Made by a program: the position numbers and the translations under genes. This document shows, piece after piece, positions 46,157-55,439 of a stretch of 64,000 nt of DNA (positions are counted from its first letter, which is position 1; each line of letters begins with the position of its first letter). A model generated the notes under the pieces. The model did no database searches and had not been told where the DNA came from. It saw only the letters and a list, made by a program, of their open reading frames with translations. Source of the stretch: a virus. Location: IMG/VR virus record IMGVR_UViG_3300045988_076381; one strand, written 5' to 3'.

Positions 46157-46426
46157 ATGAAGATCGTGATTAATAGATCCGGAATTGGATTAAATCTATC
46201 TCTACCAGCTATAGAGTATTTAATTAAATATAAAGTAATTAAGTCTCCATTAGATATGAGAAATATTAATAGGAGTAGCCCAAGATTGGTAAGATGTATC
46301 GAAGTATTAGGAGATAACGCATCTTTAGATATGTTAGAAACGATAACAGTTAGAGATGATTTTAAATATAAAATCTCTGAAATCCAAATAGGTAACATCC
46401 ATAGAGAAATTATCCTCATGGAGTAA
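46157..46426 (+). CDS. hypothetical protein
   Basis: ATG at 46157 (MKIVINRSGIGLNLS...) inside track ORF 46085..46426. Preferred over the low-complexity antisense ORF 46063..46419. Confidence 0.45.
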   Translation: MKIVINRSGIGLNLSLPAIEYLIKYKVIKSPLDMRNINRSSPRLVRCIEVLGDNASLDMLETITVRDDFKYKISEIQIGNIHREIILME

Positions 46427-46594
46427 GATATTTACATATGTAAATCTAATTAGTGTACAATAATTAGATATTCCAAGCTCTACTGGTTACAGAGTATAAA
46501 TAAACCTAGATTTTTAGATTTCCAAATTGACCTAAAATCTAATATCTTAGGATTAGATATAAAATAAGCGTGGAATACTTATTGTTAAATCAAC

Positions 46595-46664
46595 TTCTTA
46601 GTAGTTTAACTGGTGAAAATGTCATATACAGTAGGAAATATTAGTTCGAATCCAATCTAAGAAG
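46595..46664 (+). ncRNA. tRNA-like element with unpaired anticodon arm (pseudo-tRNA?)
   Basis: Acceptor TTCTTAG/CTAAGAA, U8-A9, D arm GTTT-AACTGGTGA-AAAT, T arm ATTAG-TTCGAAT-CCAAT. No 5-bp anticodon stem can be drawn in 46621-46639. Confidence 0.35.
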
Positions 46665-46710
46665 TGATAAAGAAACTCATATAATTCATATCTTAATATT
46701 AACCCGAAAA

Positions 46711-46796
46711 AAGGGCAACAGTAGGGTTGGGGTGGGTTCAGTGCCCTTGAGATAGTATCAAAATCAGCAATAATGCAGATGAGCTGTAACCACCCC
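46711..46796 (+). ncRNA. structured spacer RNA candidate (pseudoknot-like)
   Basis: AAGGGCA(46711-17)/TGCCCTT(46742-48). The loop sequence GGGGTGG(46729-35) is complementary to CCACCCC(46790-96), which is followed by TTTT. Confidence 0.3.
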
Positions 46797-46824
46797 TTTT
46801 ATTAATAATTTTGTTTATATTCTA

Positions 46825-46896
46825 TGCGAGATAGTGTAAAGGTAACATCCTAGGCTCATAACCTAGAGGATGGTGGTTCGAATCCATCTCTCGCTA
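46825..46896 (+). tRNA. tRNA with CAT anticodon, U1:U72 mismatch
   Basis: Acceptor TGCGAGA/TCTCGCT (first pair mismatched), D stem GTGT/ACAT, anticodon stem CTAGG/CCTAG with loop CTCATAA, T arm GGTGG-TTCGAAT-CCATC. Confidence 0.8.
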
Positions 46897-47132
46897 CTAT
46901 ATAATAGACTTCAGATATTTAACGCGGAATATAGAAGTTTGTTATATTTTATAATTATGCATGCTAATTATAAATCCCAACTCATCCTATGTCTAAGGGG
47001 AGTATAAATTAAAAGCAGATCCATCTTTTTGAGTTTGTATTGGTAATGAGAATAACTCTATAACTTAGAAATGTTATAAAACTTTCTTGAATTTAAGATA
47101 TAAGGTTTGGGAACTTACATCATTAAATTAAC

Positions 47133-47207
47133 TCCTCAGTAGCTCAGTTGGCTAGAGCAGCGGACCGTTAATCCGTAGGATCGTAGGTTCAAGTCCTACC
47201 TGAGGAG
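47133..47207 (+). tRNA. tRNA-Asn (GTT) with C at position 33
   Basis: Acceptor TCCTCAG/CTGAGGA, D arm GCTC-AGTTGGCTA-GAGC, anticodon stem GCGGA/TCCGT with loop CCGTTAA, T arm GTAGG-TTCAAGT-CCTAC. Closely parallels the E. coli tRNA-Asn layout. Confidence 0.8.
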
Positions 47208-47651
47208 CATAATAAAGAGTGTAGTACTAGTGTAGGACTCAACGTAACTTATAGGTTTTGTATTGTACATATAAATTTAGTCCTATTGGGTGTCGTATAA
47301 CCCAACTTAGCTATCGAGTACGGTTAATGATAGCATTTTTATCGAACTTTCATAAAAATAATTATATGAGAAACAAGCATTATTTCCTAATAGATTAATC
47401 TGATAAACCGTATATTGGAGTTGATACACTTATAATTGTCTAATGCAGCTTCGTATTATAAGAAGCAAGTCAATATAAGAAATCAGTTCAGAATAATGTA
47501 TTGTATTCGACGTGGGATTTAAAATTGTATTTATGTGATAGATGTATAGAGAGAAGATTAAGACGGAAAATATCTGGAGAAGATCTAATTCCAAATGATC
47601 CTGTTAATAATTTATATATACAAATATGTCTAGATTTATAATTTATTAATT

Positions 47652-48035
47652 ATGAAAAAGAGAGAACTCCCAAAAGAAGTAAAGAGATGGATTAAATTTT
47701 TTATAAAAACTAATGCTTATTATAATTTTGATTGGGCATTTATGTTAGATGTAGAAAAAGAGAAATTAACTCAATGTATTAAATTTTTTACTGATAACGG
47801 ATGTCATATTAATAATTCCAGAATAATTTCGAAGATGCAATTGGCTGTGAGATTATTAGATATTGCTAGGGATGAGGATTTAGATTTTAAAGGTTATGTA
47901 AATACTAAGAATATAAATAGATTTATTTCTATAGATAAATATGATATTGATATTCTCCCAACTCTTCGAACTGAAAAAGCGTGGTATTTATATAATAAAT
48001 TAAGATATTATTATATGAAAGAATGGTGGGATTAA
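47652..48035 (+). CDS. hypothetical protein
   Basis: 127-aa ORF embedded in the tRNA cluster. Confidence 0.55.
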   Translation: MKKRELPKEVKRWIKFFIKTNAYYNFDWAFMLDVEKEKLTQCIKFFTDNGCHINNSRIISKMQLAVRLLDIARDEDLDFKGYVNTKNINRFISIDKYDIDILPTLRTEKAWYLYNKLRYYYMKEWWD

Positions 48036-48044
48036 ATATATTAT

Positions 48045-48130
48045 GCTAGAATGGTGAAATTGACAGACACTCAGGACTTAAAATTCTGTGGATAGTAATA
48101 TCCGTGTGGGTTTGAATCCCACTTCTAGTA
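48045..48130 (+). tRNA. tRNA-Leu (TAA), long variable arm
   Basis: Acceptor GCTAGAA/TTCTAGT, anticodon stem CAGGA/TTCTG with loop CTTAAAA, variable arm TGGATAGTAATATCCG, T arm GTGGG-TTTGAAT-CCCAC. Confidence 0.85.
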
Positions 48131-48422
48131 CTATCTAGATGTAGCAAAATCAGTGAAGTTAAATACAGAAATACGCTTCGTAAGAGAACCTGTAGTCCTT
48201 AAAGGATAGTGGTGACACTGAGCCAATCTATTTATATAGAAGGTGAGATTCCAAAAACTACAATATTTATAGGGAATCAATCATATAAGAAATTATATGA
48301 AATCTCTGATAATCTATAGTGCCTTATAGAAAAACAGGGGATGAAGTTAAGGCACAAACTTCATTGGGATATATTCCCGGCGAAAGAGATTTTATATATC
48401 TCTGGATCTGATTATTTAATAG

Positions 48423-48485
48423 TACTTTGTGCATCGGATGCACTCCGAGGGATGTGAGGTTAAGGTTCGACTCCTTACAAAGTGC
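48423..48485 (+). ncRNA. truncated tRNA-like element (acceptor + T arm)
   Basis: TACTTTG/CAAAGTG acceptor and TAAGG-TTCGACT-CCTTA T arm. Only about 29 nt lie where the D and anticodon arms should be. Confidence 0.3.
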
Positions 48486-48515
48486 CTAAGTAGTAATTAT
48501 TTAAATATTCATATT

Positions 48516-49415
48516 ATGGAAATTAGAAATGAGAATAAAGTATTTTTTGGAGAGAGTGGTATTACTTCTACTTCTGCTACATATTTATGTAACATTGCTA
48601 GGGAGTTATTAAAAGATATAGAATCATCTTTAAATAATATCTCCTTCATTACTGAGGAAGTAACACTCTTTGGATCTGAGAATAAGATTAGAACTAAAGA
48701 AGGATATAATTTATCCGAACTATCTGATCTAGATTCTAAACTTACTAAAGCTGCACAACTAAAAGCATTTATAGCATGGATGAGTGAAGGAATCAAAGCA
48801 AAAGATGTGGAAAGTGAGAAACTTAGAGAATATACTTTATCTGATTTTATAAAGGATTTCCCTGAATATGTAGTACAGAGGTCTAAAGATTCTACACTAG
48901 ATCCTAATTATGGACTTGGGAAATTAGATGTTTCAGAACGGGTTAAATATCTCTTCTCAGAAGCTTTAACTTCTTCAATTGGGAAATATATTCATAATAA
49001 TGGTGCTTTAAGAAAAGCTTATAGCGAGCTTTTAAATATTGCACATAACAAAGTGAATATAACCACAGAAGCAAAAGATTCTATAGTTGTAGTCACTAAT
49101 AAAATCCCAAGTGTGGATACTAAAAAAGTAGAAAAGATTATGCTTAAATATCAAGATTTACGAAGAGAGAATGAGAAGGTTCTGAACTCTTTGAAATCTA
49201 AGATAAAAAGTTATGATCATGAATATCAAATATATCTTACTCTTGAAGATAAAGCAGCTTCAGAGTCGTATAATGAAAAGATGGAAGTAGTACGTTCAAA
49301 ATATAATGAATATGTATTAAATAAGAGATCGGAAATTGAGAAACTTAAAATCATCATCCCAGATGGTTTAAGGAGTATTTATAACGATCTTCATACCATC
49401 TCAAAAGAAAAATAA
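48516..49415 (+). CDS. hypothetical protein
   Basis: Start moved to ATG 48516 (MEIRNENKVFF...) because the track's upstream extension overlaps the tRNA-like element. Confidence 0.6.
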   Translation: MEIRNENKVFFGESGITSTSATYLCNIARELLKDIESSLNNISFITEEVTLFGSENKIRTKEGYNLSELSDLDSKLTKAAQLKAFIAWMSEGIKAKDVESEKLREYTLSDFIKDFPEYVVQRSKDSTLDPNYGLGKLDVSERVKYLFSEALTSSIGKYIHNNGALRKAYSELLNIAHNKVNITTEAKDSIVVVTNKIPSVDTKKVEKIMLKYQDLRRENEKVLNSLKSKIKSYDHEYQIYLTLEDKAASESYNEKMEVVRSKYNEYVLNKRSEIEKLKIIIPDGLRSIYNDLHTISKEK

Positions 49416-49693
49416 ATAAAGTAGGTAATACTTAAATCCATTTGGATGGAGGTATTTTTATATGTATAGATTATATATATAATAAAATTTAGCTAAATAA
49501 TATAGACGATAATATAAACTATTAATGCGAAAGAATCCTCAAAAGATGTTTTTATTTAAATAAATATACTTATTTAAATATAAACTATACTCCTCTTTCT
49601 GTCTTAACCTTAGTCCTTGAGAGGATTCTTGCCCTTGACATATTCTTTGGCTGTATTTATATAATCTATACATAACTATTTTTAATAAACATT

Positions 49694-49764
49694 TGTCCTA
49701 TAGTATAATGGTAATACATCTGGTTTTGGTCCAGAGAATTGAGGTTCAAATCCTCGTAGGACAA
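49694..49764 (+). tRNA. tRNA-Gln (TTG)
   Basis: Acceptor TGTCCTA/TAGGACA, D arm GTAT-AATGGTA-ATAC, anticodon stem TCTGG/CCAGA with loop TTTTGGT, T arm TGAGG-TTCAAAT-CCTCG. Confidence 0.85.
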
Positions 49765-50147
49765 CAATTCTATAATGGGAATTTTTAGATTGATTATTTC
49801 TTATAGAAAAGTCTGGACAAATTTTGTTTGGACTTTTCTTTTCATTCAATAGATATTGAAAAATTCGAAAACATATGATAAATTCTCCAAATAGTTATTT
49901 AACTGAATATTATATAAATAAAGTTTTGTTTATATAACTCTTTAAAAGACTGTAAAATATTAAAATTTCAAAACTAAACGGATTCTATGGCTTATAAGTA
50001 GAATACCCCTTTCTGTCTATTTTATCAAGCCTAGATACTCTAAAACTATTTTTAAGTCAACTTCCAGATATGGTATGTTTGGACTATTATAGATTTTTGG
50101 AGTTCTAGGCTTTTTTATTTTCATTTTTCAAACTCGGATTTTCAAGT

Positions 50148-50501
50148 ATGATTATCGTGAATGTATTAATTAGATATAATGATCTCGTTTTATTATTTAA
50201 AAAGAGGCATAAAAATGTTTGGGATTCTCTTGAAGGTCCATTATTTAGAGCTGAAACAATGGAATCTTGTGCTAGTAGAATAGTGAAAGATTCTATTAAT
50301 CATAGGTTTAAAAGAGAGAAGTTTATAAGGGTTGATAGAGACAATGATTTAGATGGACAGAGATATTTCTATTCTATTACTTTAGATCATATTCCGGAAT
50401 TTATACAGCTTCCAGAAGATTTAATTTCTTGTAAATGGTTTAGTATGCAGGATTTAAAACATGTTAAAATATCTAAGAATTTAAAAGTATTGTTTAATTA
50501 A
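50148..50501 (+). CDS. Nudix-like protein with degenerate Nudix box
   Basis: GPLFRAE-x7-RIVKDS only partly fits Gx5Ex7REUxEExGU. Confidence 0.4.
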   Translation: MIIVNVLIRYNDLVLLFKKRHKNVWDSLEGPLFRAETMESCASRIVKDSINHRFKREKFIRVDRDNDLDGQRYFYSITLDHIPEFIQLPEDLISCKWFSMQDLKHVKISKNLKVLFN

Positions 50502-50601
50502 ATATTATTATTATGGCAGAATATAAAAATGAAGATAGTGCTGGAGTAATTGCTTTTGGAGTTATTTTAATAATCTTAACTCTTTTAGGAATAATAAATC
50601 C

Positions 50602-51075
50602 ATGAGAATAACTTCCAGAGAGAGATTTAAGGATTATTTTAAATCTACTAAGACTATATATGGGAGAACTGTTAAAGGTACCTCTAATATATTAGATCTT
50701 AGAGAGAATAGGGTATTTAAAACAAATGGTAAATTTGGGGTTAATTGGATGGGATGGATGATATTAAAGTCCTCCGGATTTGGGTATTGGTCTATCTCAT
50801 CCATGAAACCTCATCCTATTTATTCTATAAAAGAGGATGGGGATAAATATGATTTAAATGTGATAAAAGATACCTTAAACAAGAGAAGTACTAAAGATTA
50901 TCCCAATTTATCTATAAAAGAATTATTCGATATAATCTCCCCAGAATTTAATGGAATGGTTTATATAGGAGATGAGCTTGATAGCGATCAATCATTCTTA
51001 AATTCTCTTAGATATAAATTAAATCCCAAATTTGATTTAAATAGTGTTAAAAGTAAAAAGATGTTTATATATTAA
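50602..51075 (+). CDS. hypothetical protein
   Basis: 157-aa ORF. Confidence 0.55.
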   Translation: MRITSRERFKDYFKSTKTIYGRTVKGTSNILDLRENRVFKTNGKFGVNWMGWMILKSSGFGYWSISSMKPHPIYSIKEDGDKYDLNVIKDTLNKRSTKDYPNLSIKELFDIISPEFNGMVYIGDELDSDQSFLNSLRYKLNPKFDLNSVKSKKMFIY

Positions 51076-51087
51076 AATACACAAAAT

Positions 51088-51438
51088 ATGAATGAAGGAG
51101 TTACTAAAGCTACATATTTAAATAGCATCATTTCAAGTTTATCTGACAAAATTGATACTAGATTTATTTCGGATGGAAAACATACATTTGGGGAATTATA
51201 CGATTATATAGCATATTTAGAAGCTTTATATTTAACTCAGACCAATGTATATAAAGCAGTTAAACGTACCATAAATAATACTACTTTTATAGTAGTAAAA
51301 TCTCGTGAATTCCCTCAGGGAGATGTAATTCAGACAAGTAAACTATATCCGATTAAATATATAGATCTATTTGCAGATATTCCAGAGGATAAGGAAATAT
51401 CTCTAGTTAATATTCCACTCACTGATTTTTATATATAA
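51088..51438 (+). CDS. hypothetical protein
   Basis: 116-aa ORF. Confidence 0.55.
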   Translation: MNEGVTKATYLNSIISSLSDKIDTRFISDGKHTFGELYDYIAYLEALYLTQTNVYKAVKRTINNTTFIVVKSREFPQGDVIQTSKLYPIKYIDLFADIPEDKEISLVNIPLTDFYI

Positions 51439-51440
51439 TT

Positions 51441-51680
51441 ATGAGTACAGAAATACTTTCATATAATAAATTCCAAGAGGTTTTAAATCCTTATAAGGAA
51501 TTTTGTGTGGAGATGTGTGAGGTTTTAGATACTACAAGAGTTCTTATATCTGAAATATTATCTATCACTCCTCTTAATTTAGAGCTTCCGGATATAAATA
51601 GAATTATTGAAGAGAATCAATTAGATTTAGATTTAACAACTGAGAAATTATTACTTGAAATTGATAAAATGTTTGTGTAA
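51441..51680 (+). CDS. hypothetical protein
   Basis: 79-aa ORF, 2 nt after the previous stop. Confidence 0.5.
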   Translation: MSTEILSYNKFQEVLNPYKEFCVEMCEVLDTTRVLISEILSITPLNLELPDINRIIEENQLDLDLTTEKLLLEIDKMFV

Positions 51681-51916
51681 TGGATATTATATATTTAGAA
51701 TGTGAATGTAATTGCTCTGAACATTTAATTCGCTTCATCTCTTATGAAGGGGAAGAGGAGATTTATATAGAATATTATTTAAATCCGGAATTGAGTTTTT
51801 GGAAGAGATTGAAAATTGCTATTAAATATTTATTTAATAGAAAATGTAAATTCGGAGCATTTGATGAAGTAATTGTAAATAAGGAAAGATTAAAAGATCT
51901 TTTAAATAAATTATAA
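51680..51916 (+). CDS. hypothetical Cys-containing small protein
   Basis: 78-aa ORF with a TAATG overlap to the previous gene. Confidence 0.5.
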   Translation: MDIIYLECECNCSEHLIRFISYEGEEEIYIEYYLNPELSFWKRLKIAIKYLFNRKCKFGAFDEVIVNKERLKDLLNKL

Positions 51917-52087
51917 TAAAATGTATATTATTGTAGGTTTTATATTATTATTATTGTCATGGGGTATATACTACCATGCTGAGAATTACTGTGAGTTAGA
52001 GCTTGGAGAATTTGAAAAGCTTATAGCCATAATACTAATGATGTTCAGTCTATTGTTAATTCCTATAGCAATATTTCAGAAATTATT

Positions 52088-52759
52088 ATGATAAATATAG
52101 CAGAAATAATAAAAAGATTTCCAGAAAATTTTAAGTATTATAACATACTTACTGGAATTTGTACAGTAGAAATACTTGAGAATGATGATATTGAAATTTT
52201 TCCAGGAAATATTATACTAAATAAATATGGACAACATTCATCTTTTGAAGCTTCTGAATGTATCTTATTTCCTAAAAAAGACTATCGGGATTGGGAGACT
52301 TATTTGATTGATTCTGGATATAGAATAAATATCTTTTCTAGATTGGCAGGATTAGATATATCCAATAGAATGTTTTATTATGAGGGTATTGGAGATTGCA
52401 AGATTGAATTGAATTTCGAAAAACATACTATTGAAGTATATACATCTACTTCACCTGATTGCGTAGATATATTAAATGAATTTGGATTTGGTTACACATT
52501 TTTAAAACTTTCTAAATATTCTTCTTATTTAGACTGGTTGAATATTCCTAAAGAGTTACCACTTGGAGCTTTAGTAGTTGCATCAAATAATAAAACATTT
52601 TGGTCAATAGGAACATATGAAGGAAATCAATGTGTAACTACAACTTTTCCAAAAAGGATAAGTACAAGATATCAGTATATAGTTCTATATAATTTATTCA
52701 ATTTAGAAACAGGAGAATTTCCGGAATCTGAAAATTATGGATGTGCTAAAAAGGATTAG
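52088..52759 (+). CDS. hypothetical protein
   Basis: 223-aa ORF. Confidence 0.55.
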   Translation: MINIAEIIKRFPENFKYYNILTGICTVEILENDDIEIFPGNIILNKYGQHSSFEASECILFPKKDYRDWETYLIDSGYRINIFSRLAGLDISNRMFYYEGIGDCKIELNFEKHTIEVYTSTSPDCVDILNEFGFGYTFLKLSKYSSYLDWLNIPKELPLGALVVASNNKTFWSIGTYEGNQCVTTTFPKRISTRYQYIVLYNLFNLETGEFPESENYGCAKKD

Positions 52760-52818
52760 AATGAAGTATATTATATTCATTACCGGATATATTATAGCTA
52801 TATCTGCATTTATTAAAT

Positions 52819-53259
52819 ATGAAATATATAGTTTATACAGATGGATCTTACAGAGCCTCCAGAAAACAAGGAGGATATGCAGTAGTCTTTTATGATTCCG
52901 ATATGAATCTTATTAAATACGTATTTAAAGGAATTAAGAATACAACTAATAATCGTTGTGAGTTAATGGGATTTATTTCAGCATTGAAACATCTCCCATT
53001 TAACTCCGAAGTTGTTATATATTCTGATTCTGAATATGTATTAAATCCGATTAAAAAAGGATGGATTTATAATTGGATAAAGACTAATTTTAAAGATAAA
53101 AAGAATGAAGATTTGTGGAGAGAAGTTATTGATTTATTACCTCATTATAAATTATCTCTTGAGTGGGTTAAAGGACATGAGGAAGATGAAGGAAATAATT
53201 TCGCGGATATGTTAGCTCAACATTCATCAATAATTGATTTAAAAGATAATGAAGACTAA
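52819..53259 (+). CDS. rnhA: ribonuclease HI
   Basis: YTDGSY (Asp), NNRCELMG (Glu), IYSDSEYV (Asp), VKGHEEDEGNNFADMLA (His...Asp) = the RNase H DEDD pattern in canonical order. Confidence 0.8.
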   Translation: MKYIVYTDGSYRASRKQGGYAVVFYDSDMNLIKYVFKGIKNTTNNRCELMGFISALKHLPFNSEVVIYSDSEYVLNPIKKGWIYNWIKTNFKDKKNEDLWREVIDLLPHYKLSLEWVKGHEEDEGNNFADMLAQHSSIIDLKDNED

Positions 53260-53494
53260 AAAGACATTAAACGATTTCTTGATATGGTTAAAGTGTTCTG
53301 GTTTATTAACGGTATATTTTGAAACAATCAATAATATATCATCTTCCTATAATATAATAAGAAATTTAGATGCAAATAATCCAGATACTTTATTTGATAT
53401 TATTCCTAAGGATCTAGGACAAGAATCAGTATTACCGAAAATAGATTGGGATTATATAAAAGCGTTATATACTCATTGGTTATTAGATATTTAA
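53249..53494 (+). CDS. hypothetical protein
   Basis: 81-aa ORF overlapping the rnhA end. Confidence 0.5.
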   Translation: MKTKKTLNDFLIWLKCSGLLTVYFETINNISSSYNIIRNLDANNPDTLFDIIPKDLGQESVLPKIDWDYIKALYTHWLLDI

Positions 53495-53609
53495 TATATG
53501 TTTAACTAGATCTAATCTATATCAAAATAAGTAAAAGGAGTTTTTATTATAAAAATTATAATAATCTGTGTATAGCAGCTGAAATAGAATATTTACTAAT
53601 TTATTACAT

Positions 53610-53897
53610 ATGATAATAATAGAAAGCGACTTTAAAATAGAAGAAGGTTCATCTCCTGCTAGATATGATCTATATCTAAAGAAGATTATAAATAAAGGAA
53701 AAAAAGATACCTCCGGAAAGAGTTTAGAGAGAGAGGATTGGATATTAGAAGGATATGATATATCAATGCCTACAATCCTCAAAACTCTTTCTCATCATTT
53801 AACAGATAAAAAGTTAAACGAATGTTCCTTAAAAGAATATATAAAAGCGTATAAAGACACTATTAATCATTTAAATACTATAATAAATGATTGCTGA
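53610..53897 (+). CDS. hypothetical protein
   Basis: 95-aa ORF. Preferred over antisense ORF 53522..53782. Confidence 0.5.
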   Translation: MIIIESDFKIEEGSSPARYDLYLKKIINKGKKDTSGKSLEREDWILEGYDISMPTILKTLSHHLTDKKLNECSLKEYIKAYKDTINHLNTIINDC

Positions 53898-54129
53898 AAT
53901 AAAAGTAATAATCAATAAGGAAGAGCTTGAACAAGCGGATAAAATGGGAGTATACAAAGAACCAGTCTATACCACTACTCCATTTGGATTTCATCTAGAT
54001 GATGTAGAATTATTTTACTTAAATGATAATAAGAATAAAGAAATAACACTTAGAATAGATAGAGAGTATTTTGTTATTAAATACGATCTTTCTATTTTAA
54101 ATAAATTAAAACTTAAATTTAATAATTAA
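53887..54129 (+). CDS. hypothetical protein
   Basis: 80-aa ORF in an overlapping gene chain. Confidence 0.5.
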   Translation: MIAEIKVIINKEELEQADKMGVYKEPVYTTTPFGFHLDDVELFYLNDNKNKEITLRIDREYFVIKYDLSILNKLKLKFNN

Positions 54130-54434
54130 TGAAAAGTTGGTATGTATATATTGTAGATTTTAATTCTACTAAATTAGAGCAGTATGATGTAATGCCTTAT
54201 TTCTTAGGAAGTGCAAGACAGCAGAAATTTGAATCTTCTGATTTAGAAGAGTGTAAAAAATTTATAAAGAAAGAAGGTATGTATATGTTTTGGGCTAGAT
54301 GTGAGTGGGAAATTCTAATTTCTCCTTGGCCTTCTGTAAAAGATAAATACTTTAAAATAGATGTCTGGGATCAGATAAATATGAATTTAGATGTTTTTGC
54401 AACTGTATTTATTGAAAATTTAAATAATAAATAA
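54129..54434 (+). CDS. hypothetical protein
   Basis: 101-aa ORF with a TAATG junction. Confidence 0.5.
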   Translation: MKSWYVYIVDFNSTKLEQYDVMPYFLGSARQQKFESSDLEECKKFIKKEGMYMFWARCEWEILISPWPSVKDKYFKIDVWDQINMNLDVFATVFIENLNNK

Positions 54435-54435
54435 A

Positions 54436-54786
54436 ATGAAAGAAATAATACAATATATAGAAGATGTTTTTACTGATAATAATGGGTGTCAACGAAAATT
54501 TATTATCTGTGCTGTAACCATCTCAAACTCATCTGGAAAATTTACTCGTTTCGGGATTTCTGTAGCAAGAAAGGAGGATATGGCTAAATATTCTTTAGAG
54601 TTAGGAAAGAGGATAGCATACGGAAAGGCTTGTAAACGTCCTTTTATATTTGTTGAATGTAACAGAATAGAAGGAATGAATCAAGAAATTTGCAATACTT
54701 ATTTAAAAACATTTGCTAAGTATTTTAAAGAAGATCCCTCATTTGCTCTTAAATGGTTTAAATCTCCACGTAATAATAAAAAATAA
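54436..54786 (+). CDS. hypothetical protein
   Basis: 116-aa ORF. Confidence 0.5.
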   Translation: MKEIIQYIEDVFTDNNGCQRKFIICAVTISNSSGKFTRFGISVARKEDMAKYSLELGKRIAYGKACKRPFIFVECNRIEGMNQEICNTYLKTFAKYFKEDPSFALKWFKSPRNNKK

Positions 54787-55079
54787 TGTCTCGAATTTTT
54801 AAGAAGAATAATTCTTATATATATCCTACAGAAGAATTTATTTATGAAGTTTTATTATATAAACGAGAAGGTAATATTATCTCAATTCAAGATAGTAAAA
54901 CTTTAAAATCTAAGACATATATTCCGGAAAAGACAATAGCTCCTAAAAAGTCTAATACATTTACGTATATGGATTTAATAGGAGCTCCAGAAAAATGGTT
55001 ATATGATAATGGATATATTGAAACTGATTCGGAGGAATTAGTAAAAAAGAAATTTAGGAAAAATAAAAGTAATATTTAG
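54786..55079 (+). CDS. hypothetical protein
   Basis: 97-aa ORF. Confidence 0.5.
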   Translation: MSRIFKKNNSYIYPTEEFIYEVLLYKREGNIISIQDSKTLKSKTYIPEKTIAPKKSNTFTYMDLIGAPEKWLYDNGYIETDSEELVKKKFRKNKSNI

Positions 55080-55106
55080 TATTAATAATTATAAATAAAA
55101 TATCTT

Positions 55107-55439
55107 ATGGAAAGTTATTATAATCTCGGAATCGTTAAAATGACAACTGGAGAATCAAGTAGAGGATTAATTCTTAAAAGAGAACTTTCTTTGGATGAAT
55201 GTAAGTATATTCTTTCTGAAATATTTGGAATTAAATTATACACACGTGAAGATTTTGATGATGAAGAAGAATATCAAGAGCAAATGGATAAGTATAAAGA
55301 TACTATAAACGCTTGGCTTAAGGGAGACCGTGACGATCAATATATATTAGATTCTTATATGAGTTATTTGGTGAATAGCCTAGGGATAATGAATATGGTT
55401 TTAATCATTGATTATTTGAAAAAATTATCAGTTATTTAA
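55107..55439 (+). CDS. hypothetical acidic protein
   Basis: 110-aa ORF. Confidence 0.5.
   Translation: MESYYNLGIVKMTTGESSRGLILKRELSLDECKYILSEIFGIKLYTREDFDDEEEYQEQMDKYKDTINAWLKGDRDDQYILDSYMSYLVNSLGIMNMVLIIDYLKKLSVI

Noticed and set aside
46063-46419. Minus-strand 118-aa ORF in the tRNA cluster.
   Set aside because: Extremely Ile/Leu-rich low-complexity translation. The plus-strand frame (46157..46426) looks like a real globular protein and matches the strand of all neighbours.
48429-48515. Upstream extension (MHRMHSEGCEVKVRLLTKC...) of ORF 48429..49415.
   Set aside because: It overlaps the tRNA-like acceptor/T-arm element and has atypical composition. ATG 48516 gives a normal N-terminus.
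49635-49665. TTGACA-N17-TATATAAT, a near-consensus sigma-70 promoter 30 nt upstream of tRNA-Gln.
   Set aside because: TATAAT-like words are ubiquitous at this AT content. The other operon heads show Bacteroidota-type TAnnTTTG boxes instead, so a single TTGACA match is weak evidence. Kept only as a note.
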